NCBI GenBank assembly: GCA_965655095.1
Contig: OZ296649.1
Location: 105,834,001 to 105,898,000 of the forward strand
From: Haplodiscus bocki
Lineage: Eukaryota
Length of the DNA stretch: 64,000 nt
Direction of reading: 5' to 3'
Under the pieces are notes generated by a model. It was not told the DNA's origin, made no database searches, and was given only the letters and a program-made list of their open reading frames with translations. Of the stretch, positions 54,672 to 64,000 are shown piece after piece. The translations under genes were made by a program, and so were the position numbers. Within the stretch, counting starts at the first letter, position 1. Every line of letters starts with the position of its first letter.

Positions 54672-56055
54672 AGCAAAGTTAATAAATAGAATTAACAGAA
54701 GATGAAATTGTACAAAAAATTTTTAAACATTGTGGCCATTGCAATCGAAGTACATTACTACCATACGAATATGAACGGACTTGCTTTTCATGTGGTTACA
54801 ACGTAATTAAACGAAAGCACGAACTCTCTAAAAATCAACGGAAAAAAATAAACTTTATTAATCGATTAAAGTATGCAGAATTAAAAATGTTTTGCAAATG
54901 CGTAGATGTATATAAATTGTATGAAGGTAAAGATTATGATAAAATATATGAAGTTCTGTCAAAATTTAAAAATAAAAAATTAAAAATAAACAATATCTTA
55001 ATTGAAAACTATAAAGATATGTTAGAAAATCCTGATTTCGAACAAGATTATTGGTCAAGAACAGCAATAGGTAGATATAAAATTGGACATGATTCTGTTA
55101 GATTATTGAAATGGTTAGCTTATTATGATAAGTCTTATTATGAAAAGAAAAATTATCATGATTTGATGGGAACCGTTTTAAATTGTTTAAATGAAATACC
55201 TTGATGGCCGATACTACGTTGAAGTAAAAGATTATCGATAAAAAAGTAATCCAACTGAAAAGATTTTTTTACGGAAGCGAGATCCACCAGAATTTCTCAA
55301 AACTCAATATCAAGTTCAGAATGAAACACAGACCAGGAAGAATCTGAAAGTAAACAGAAACGATAACGATCAATTAGTAGCTAAGAAACATCCCAAAAAT
55401 AAACAACCAACTCAACAACAATCAAAATTTAAACCACCAAATTGTCCTAGTTGTCAGAGAAAATAATGGTTAGAATTTGATATAGGTTACTATTGTAAGA
55501 ATTGTGAATATATTATCAACAAGCAAGAACATCAGATTGGTAAAAAAGTTCCTAAAAAAGATCATTATTTTTCCACTAGATTGCCATATACCAATGAAAA
55601 TATTTAAAAATTTAGCTGAATATGGTTAATACTACATACAATTCAACAGAAGATATGATTATTAAATTACTAGAATTAAAAGGAAAAACAAAATTGAAGT
55701 TTTATAAAAACATAAGTAATTATTATGATAATATGAATATTGGGATGGATGATGACACTTTTGCTAAAAATGCTCAAAGTATTAGTAAAATTTACCATGA
55801 AGTATTATTGTTAATTAAATTTTTACAGACTAAACCTCAGGTTAAGAATATAAAAACTAAATATTATGATTTGTATTATACTGTGAATAAAAACAGAGAT
55901 GAAAAAGAAAATGTAGATAATCAATAAGAAGATGATTATATTACTTTTAAAGATATCATTCCTAATATTTATATTGGAAGAAAAAATGATAATGTGATGT
56001 TAAGGTAGAGACTATTATCTTCCATAAATCGTTTCAAATAATTTTTACTGTATAA

Positions 56056-59000
56056 ATGAATCTGATAAATGATAACGAGAATAAAAAATTATCACGAAAT
56101 AGAAAAAGAATAATTGAACGAAAAATTATTATGGATAATAATATGAAGTTATTATTAAAGAAAATCAAATCTGAAAAGAAAAAGAAAAATGAAAGTTTTG
56201 ACAAAATTAAAGAATTAGAAATAAAATTAGTTAAAATGAAATATGCTAAAAATCCTGATAAATTAAAATCTGCTTTGAAAGCATTAAATAAAATTTAAGT
56301 TGTTCATAAAAATTTACATGAGATTAAACAAGAAATATTAGTAGAATATACTGGTCAATTTGAAAAGGTAGGGAAATAAAAAGTTGGTGATCAAATTCGT
56401 CAAACTCAATTTAGATTTAGAAATCGTACTGATTCTGAAAGTTATATCATTTCTATCGATGAAGGATATGATGCAGAAGTTGCTAATTTCAATGGTTATA
56501 TTTATTAAGTCAACACTCCATAATTTAACTTAGTTAATAGATCTCAATACGGAAATGGATGTGGTTATAAACATGAAAATATCGAATATCATGGTAATAA
56601 TTGTTTGATACCAACAAAGGGTGAAGTTTTTGTCAAATGTATTAATTATTTAACTGGTGGACATTATAAAGAGAAATGTCTAGATTTTATCCGAAATGAA
56701 AAACGACGATCAAATATTATGACTAAAGCTATAGTCCAACCATTTTCTGGAGCAAATAATATTAGTATAGGATAATTCGACGGAATAACTCTTTCCTAGA
56801 TCGGTTACGGATAGAAATAATGCTTTGTTTTTATATAATAATCATTTTTGTTTAATATGGAAATCAGAAGGTGTTAGTTTCAATCAAACTATTAAAGAAT
56901 TGAAAGATAATTTTAAAAAAAATGATAAATTCCTAACTGAAGGAAATGTTAATTCTCATTTTAAATATGAATTCATACCAAGGAAAATTGATTCACATCT
57001 GAAAAACTTTATTGTATATGACTTAGAAACACATAATACAGATAGAGCTAGACCTTATTGTATTTCATTTTATCGCTCAAGTAAAATAGCAGGTAGATAT
57101 AATCGTATTTTGACACCTGATGAAATAGATAAATGTAAAAAAGACACTTTAGTATTTGATAGAGACGATTGTATTAGTAATGCTTTAGATTTCTGTTTAA
57201 AATTAAAAGGAGAAGAACGTAAAGTTAAAAATAAAACTGTCCAATACAATCTTCAACTTCATGCTCATAATGGATCAGGTTTCGACACTTGGATTATATT
57301 AAATAAAATTCCTTGTGACAAACATAATGTTGATATTTTTAAAAATGGTAAAGGAATCATTTCTTTACGTGTTCTCAATGGTTATATGTACAATGGTAAA
57401 AAACAAATTCCTCAGTATGTAATTTTTAGATGTGGTATGACTCAGTTAAATTATTCTTTGAAGAAATTAGGAAAGACATTCAAATTACAAAAAGAATTAT
57501 TGAAAACTGATATGAATCTTGAAGAAATTGATGAAAATATTTATATGAATAACAAAAATGAATGGCTGTCTTAAGTTAAAAATGATGTTTTATGTACTGC
57601 TTTCAGTTTTGCTGGAAATACCAAAGCCATGGAAGATATTACTGGATTTTCAATGAAAGATTGTTTGTCTCTGCCATGTCTAGGATGGAAATATTTTAAC
57701 TCGTTAAGAACAGAAGAAGATGAACCTATACACACCTATAACGACAAATACATGAGATGGTTCGTTCGTCAATCGGTAAAAGGAGGACGTGTATGTGCTT
57801 TTAACCAATGTTATAAATCAAAAATTGGTGACGATATCTTAAAAATCATATCGGAAAAATTATATGTTAAACGAAATGTTTATGATATTATAGAAGTATA
57901 TTTGAATTATAAGAACAAACATTTGAAAAGTTATGAAAAAGAATATGAAAGTAAATTTAACGATTATAGAAATGAGAATATAAAAGAAAAAGAAAATTAT
58001 ATCTATGAAAAATTAAGTCAACTTCCAATACATCAATTAACAAAACAAAAAAAAATAGGTGAAGTACTGTGGGATTTCGATGCTGTAAGTTTATATCCAT
58101 CTGCTATGTGGGATAGAAAAGGTATTTATCCAGGGATTGAAACAGGTTATGCTATTATTGAAGATATGAATAATGAACTCGTAGATAAATTCAATACTGG
58201 TAATATCACACAAGGTAGTGCTATATTAAGAATAAATTTTTATAATCCAAAAAAATTTATTCGTTCAACATCTTCCTCTTAAAGAGCGTGAAAAGAAAAT
58301 TGAAGTTAATCGTACGCGAAATGGTGATATTATAGACACCTTAACATCTGTTGATATTCAAGAAATTGTTAAAATTAGAGGTAAATAATTGAGATTTACG
58401 AAAGTGTCATTTATCAAGAAAATTGTAAAGTAAGTCCATTTAAAAAAGTAATAGATAAATTAATTGCCTTAAGACAGAAATATAAAGATGAAAACAATGA
58501 AGTTTTGCAATTATTAGTAAACTTATTAATGAATAGCTTATACAGAGAGCAATTTAGAAAAGATAATGGAGTATAATTCGCTGGCAAATCAGAAGCTTGG
58601 ATGATGTGTGAATATGATGAACGATTTAAAGCTTATTGGAAAATATCAATAGTATTAAATATTGTATTAAGTATTGTATTAAGTATTAAGTATTAATTAT
58701 GTTGTTAAAATGATTGATGACGCTAGATTGGAAGATGAAGTCAAAAAATTGAACACTATGCCTCTACACTTAGGGGCTTTTGTATTATCAAACAGTAAAA
58801 GAATTATGAATAATTTCATACTCGCGATTAATGGATTTTAAACAAATGATGTTTATTATACAGATACTGATTTTTTGTATATTGAGAACAAACATTGGGA
58901 TAAATTAGATAAAGCTGGATTAGTTGGTAAAAATCTTGTACTAGGAAAAAATGATTATAAAGAAGGAGGAAAATTCTCTGGACTGTTTTTGGCAACAAAA

Positions 59001-59350
59001 ACAAAGTATTGTTTAACTATAAATAAATACGGTGTTATTGACGAACATAAGACTTTCAAAGGATTTACCAATGTGTCTGATAAGTTAGACCGAAAGGAAT
59101 TTTTTGAAATGTTCGCTGGCGATAATTTAATTGCTAAAGTACCTTTAATTTGAAAAAAAAATCATTTATTATGGGTGCTGTAACTCCGCATAAATTGAGA
59201 AGTTGTAATAAATGTACAAAAGAGCTATTATGTGATGGATGTGATAAATTAACAAACAAAAATAAAGAATTCTCAGCAAATTTAATTGAAATAAAAAGAC
59301 AACGTCCCAATGAAAAAGGATATATGCTTCCTAAGTATATATCAACTTGA
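56056..59350 (+). pseudogene. Protein-primed family B DNA polymerase (element C)
   Basis: Exo YDLET and HNGSGFD; KGGR; motif A DFDAVSLYPSAM, motif B KLLMNSLY, motif C YTDTD; many stops and frameshifts. Confidence 0.93.
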
Positions 59351-59384
59351 AAGTGATAATATCAACAGACTTTGCCGCTGAATT

Positions 59385-60388
59385 TCTCGAAAATGATAAT
59401 AGATACAATGTTCAAAATTTCAGCGTAAACTAAACTTTTAATGGGCTATGGAATGATAAATCATAGTTTGCTGTGACTCAAAGTTTACAATCTCTACATG
59501 TTTAAAGTATGTCGACATATTTTGAATTTATCAATTTTCTAAAAGATTACAATAGATACAAAGCTGAAAATTTCAGCGTAAACTAAACTTTTAACGGGCT
59601 ATCCAAGGATATATCACACATTGTTGTAACTCAGAACTTTATAATCTCCACATGTTTAAGGCATGTCGACATTCAATGCTAACTTAGTCAATTTTCTCGA
59701 CGATTATAATCGATTCGAGGTTGATATTTTTAGCGTAAACTCAATTTGTATTGGGCTATCCAATGATATATTACACACTGCTGTAGCTTAAAATTTCTTA
59801 ATCTCTACTTGTTTAAGGTATGTCGGCATAACAAAATATGTATTTTTATTCTAATTTCTCTCTTTCAATTTTGTCTCCTATGGCCTAGTGGATATAGCAT
59901 TGACTAAAATTAAGACTATGCTTGATTGGTAGTCACAGTGTTTGGGGTTCACTGTTAGCCAACGTCCCCCCAGTCTTTGTTATATCTTACATGCCATGGG
60001 AGGATAATCACCAAATGCACAGTTCTTAAAAAAGATGATCCCTGCTGTGGAAACTGTTAGTGGAATGGACTCCCGATGGGCTTTGAGTTTACCAAAGGTG
60101 TGTCATTGCATATGCCTATGGGTTTTGTTTTTATTATAAAATTACCTACATTTTTTTAAAATTCCATGTAGACATCAAACACCATAGATAGTGGTGAATT
60201 TGAATATAAATTTTGTGTGGTGGAAAACAGGCGAGGCGTGGCCGAGCAATATTATAAGCGAGAGGCTGACTGGAAGGAAGCCGGTGAGTGAGCAAAGCGA
60301 ACGAGCAAGCGTGGATATTGTCGGATAATATCAGTGAGTTGAGCGATAGCGAGAGTTACTGGTATTATCCGCAATATCCTATATTATT
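59385..60388 (-). repeat. Right TIR of element C (includes 3 copies of the ~154-bp unit)
   Basis: Unit markers at about 59507, 59661 and 59818. Confidence 0.93.
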
Positions 60389-60899
60389 ATGCTGTTACCT
60401 CGTTGGAGCCTAATGGGAGACTAATAAAACTTGTTTTGAATTCAAAACCGCATCCACTTTGCTAGTATTTTTTCTGTTTCTCCATAGGTTGTTGAAAAGG
60501 ACTAACAAGTATTCTTTGTCTGCTGACAGGGTTCAAAAATGCTGAAATGTTTTGTAACGTTTAGATGTGGTATCTACTTTGTTAGCTTTGTATCCGTTGT
60601 CGAAAAAAATGTTAAAATTACTCCAGTGTTACGTTTTTTTAAGTGTACGTAGTGGTTATGAAAAAATTCAAAAGGGGATCTTTCCAATTATGTTCTTCAA
60701 CAGCCTCAAAAATCTTTTTGTATCTTTTTTTACTACTGGTGGAGAACTATTTTTCGGATTAATAGTAAGGGAGTCTAGAGCACTATCATGTTTCGTTAAA
60801 ATTGAAATTGAGTTGTTTTTTAAGGATTGTGCAGATCAACATTTGTTTCAAAAGTAACAGCTTCTAAATCAATAGTTTTAGCAAGACCAGTACAAAGCT

Positions 60900-62900
60900 C
60901 ATTGTTCCTTTTACTCATCTCACCATACTCTTTTATACTTTGTTGTATTGATTTGCAAATGTTTTCATCAGGAGCTTTGTGAGAATTTCTTACTGCTTAA
61001 GTTCATTTTTCCATTTCTCGAGTTAGTTCCTATGTAGCTCTTGTTTCATTATCAGATGCTTCTTGTATAGCTTGTACATTTCTCTCCCCTGCTTTAGTTA
61101 CTGGTTCAAACACATTTTAAATCATAATCACAATCTTCTTTGCTCAAACTCCTGTTGCATTCGTCTGTTTTCAGAAGTTGTTTGGACTGGGGTACTTTTT
61201 TTACCTGATCAAACTCCCTTTAGTACGGATAACAAAAAGATTTTCAAATGTTATAAACAAGGAACATAGAGAAAATTAAATGAAAAGAGTTTTACTTAAA
61301 AATTTGAACAAAAGTACGGTGGGGATTTTTTTGAAAAAAAAATTGAATCGCATTCCCAAATACAAACTTTTTTCTTGATCAACAGTTTATGCAACGTCAG
61401 GTTCTGTAACAGGTATCAGCTGGGGACTCCTTGTTGCTGCGTCTGTTACTATCTGAGAGGCCAACTCTAATAGTCTTTCATGATTAATTAGTGTTTTCGT
61501 AACCATATTAGCGTCTGTTTTGCTTAATTTTATTGTAGGTACCTCAAAAAAAGTCCTTCAGCTTCATTTGTATCGGCCGAAACTCTTTTTGACTTGTTGT
61601 GTTTACTTTTTGAAAAAATCCCGTCAAGTAACTTTGTTTTCTTTCCAGTTTTTTCAGGGATAGAGGTGTCACGAGTTACTTTTCAGGTACTAAAAAAGAA
61701 CTATCACCGACGCATTAGGAGTTGGTTTTAAAGGTTTGAAAAGAATTTCAGCGTCAGTTTAATTTTGTTATGTCGTATGGAAACTTCTGAAGAGAAAAAG
61801 TCTTTTACGCGAACACACACATTCACATACAAAAACAACTACAAACAACCACACAAACATACACAAAATAGTTATATTTTGATAAGTCGATCAAATAAAA
61901 GCTAAAGGTTCTCCACAAAAATCCACCAACTGATGATTAGCATGTTGTCACTAAACTTTGATACGGAAAAGTGAGGGATGTTACTTTGTGGTACAGTATT
62001 TTAACAGATTGCTTTCTATTTTTGAAACTTGGTACACAATTAACGCTACAAAAGCCTGCATTTTCTTTTTCCTTTGAACATGCATTCCTCAATTCAATGT
62101 GTTTTTTTTGAAAAATATATATCTTTTGCTGTTATTTTATCGGCTTTCGGATGGTGTCCGTTCCTGCAATGATATTTTCCTGAGTAAAACCTAGCACTTC
62201 ATTCAACTGTGAAGTGATTGCTAGGTCAAGAGGGGTTGTCAGAAAAGATTTCATTGAGAGTTCTTCAAATCTTATTTCTTCTTTGATTAAATCCATCTCT
62301 TCATCAAAAAGTTCAGATTTATTTTCTTTAATCGGTTTCTGAATCTTTTTATTAATATCAGTAAACTCGTAGACACCAGGAGGAATAACATATTCTACAA
62401 CCGTACGATCAACTTGAATGTGAGACCCGAAATTTTATCAGGACACAAAATGGATGATGTTTCTCTTTTCTTTTTACCAATATTTATATACTCAACAGCT
62501 GAGTTCAAAGAATGTCTTTCATCAAGGCCAATAAAATGGAAAAGTTACATGAAAAAGTCCTGATGCTTTTCCAGATCCCGTGTGCGTAGACACAAAATGA
62601 AAGAATCCCCATCGATATAAATTACTAAATGTTGGTTCATCCCCATAAAAGTTGAAGTTTATCGTAAAAAAGTCATACATTGGAAGTTATGATAACTTCA
62701 GCACTGACTATCACACAAAGATTGCTTTTCTGAAAACTTTGCTGACTTTTGAATTTTGTTGAATTATAAATGAAGACTAATATGCTTCTATAGCTTTACA
62801 TGTCCAACTAAATTGCATTTTTACTAATTTTTCAGTGAAGGTATGGGGACCAAATTCTAAAATACTTCTGCTATCTAGAAGTTCCTTCCCTTTACTATGA
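60900..62900 (-). mobile_element. Fragment of another old Polinton related to element C (penton remnant)
   Basis: VEYVIPPGVYEFTDINKKI (about 62345-62398) and SQLNEVLGFTQ (about 62180-62215) resemble the element C penton motifs LPGAYEIESLNNEI and DLLGF. Confidence 0.45.
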
Positions 62901-64000
62901 AAACCAATGAACATCAGATTGAAAAGTTTTGTAAAATTTCCTGTTCTTGTATTTATTTCAATGTTTAGGTCAATGCACACTTTCAATCGGTTAGATTCAA
63001 CCGAGAAATAGATGTTGTGTATCTTTGCTTTGCGCATTCTAAATCTCAACTAAAACTTCAACTTTCTGTTATGCTTTATGTAATTGTTTTTATTGTTAAC
63101 CCCAATTAACTTGGGGTTGTTTTATTGTTGGGTTGTTTGGTATCATGCATGTGCTTACCGAAGGAAAACGTAATACTTGATCTATTATGAAGGTAGAAGT
63201 GGAAGGTTTTTTGTTTTCCACTTTGCAACAACTTTTGAAACGCCTTCTGTAGAAATTCGTTCCATACAATCTTTTTATGAATTTCTTACCGAAACACCTT
63301 CTATAACATTTGATAATCATAATCAAATTCGACAAACGAGCCCCACTAAAAATTATCTGCCATTTTTACATTATCATGTATATATTCTTCAGAAAGTTCA
63401 CTAAGAGGTTTTACCCCGTTAATGATGATGTTGGGCAAACACTGACTCACTGTAATCCTCAAAAGTTGTTATCATCGATATTTAGTTTTTGGCTATTGCA
63501 AGCAGGTTCTGCGAAGCGATCTCCCTTCACAATACCAAACCCACCAATCATACTGCTCTCCAAAAGCATTAACAATTGTTTAGGTTTTGTATACGAACTT
63601 GTGTGTATTTTAAATCTGCTTTTCCTGTAAACCCAGGCAAGAAATAGGTGCAAAAATGTTTCAGTTTATGATCCTCTGTGGATTTTACAAATCTTGCAAA
63701 CGCGTCTTCTAGCAACCAAACATCCATCTAAAACACAATTCACCTAATTGTTTTGTTCTTTTGATTCTAGGTTTCTCATTTCTATTGTTTGACTTTTCTT
63801 GTTTTTGTCAGAGGAATATCACTGTTTCAGAGCTGATCGTATCGCGTTACGCATAACGCTCAAACGCTAATTAATTAAAATATGAGTGATTAATTAAAGC
63901 TAACCTTTTGAGGGGACACTGCTGATGAGGGGACACGGCATAAAAAATGAATAAAAAAGCTGGAGATATAAACCAATGGAGTTGCATAAATAATTTTTTA

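Larger units (their letters stand above)
43062..60388 (+). mobile_element. Complete Polinton/PLV-like element C (17,327 bp) with long TIRs and a 6-bp TSD
   Basis: TSD ATGCTG at 43056-43061 and 60389-60394; TIRs; ATPase, penton, MCP, protease, integrase and pPolB all present but disrupted. Confidence 0.96.

Noticed and set aside
58648-58700. (agtatta/tgtatta)n insert in pPolB as an intron or intein
   Set aside because: Short slippage-type micro-duplication without splice or intein motifs

Overview
AT-rich animal genomic DNA dominated by decayed mobile elements around one intact host gene, a three-exon S-adenosylhomocysteine hydrolase (AHCY, 434 aa, 34168-38474). The window holds at least three distinct Polinton/Maverick (adintovirus/PLV-like) lineages. 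(A) The right end of an element at 1-3375 (penton, core protein, major capsid, protease, repeat-rich TIR). (B) A heavily eroded, oppositely oriented relative at about 4980-16200. (C) A complete 17.3-kb element at 43062-60388 with long TIRs, a perfect 6-bp TSD (ATGCTG) and non-canonical AATAAT...ATTATT ends. A probable fourth fragment lies at about 60900-62900. Element C is the most interesting object. Most of its genes start in a poxvirus-late-type TAAATG context, three non-structural genes share an AAATCRTTYCAA box exactly 30 nt before the ATG, its ends fold into hairpins, and it encodes a fibre-like protein ending in a MAM-like domain, a tiny sequon-rich membrane protein and an HNH nuclease. 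This suggests (inference) a virophage-like endogenous virus that used a cytoplasmic helper-virus transcription system. Two CR1/L2-group LINE copies form a palindrome with a twin-priming-type inversion (21174-31033), next to a 200-N gap that duplicates about 1.79 kb (assembly artefact). Several tandem and satellite repeats fill the rest. Protein assignments come from motif recognition by eye; no searches were run.
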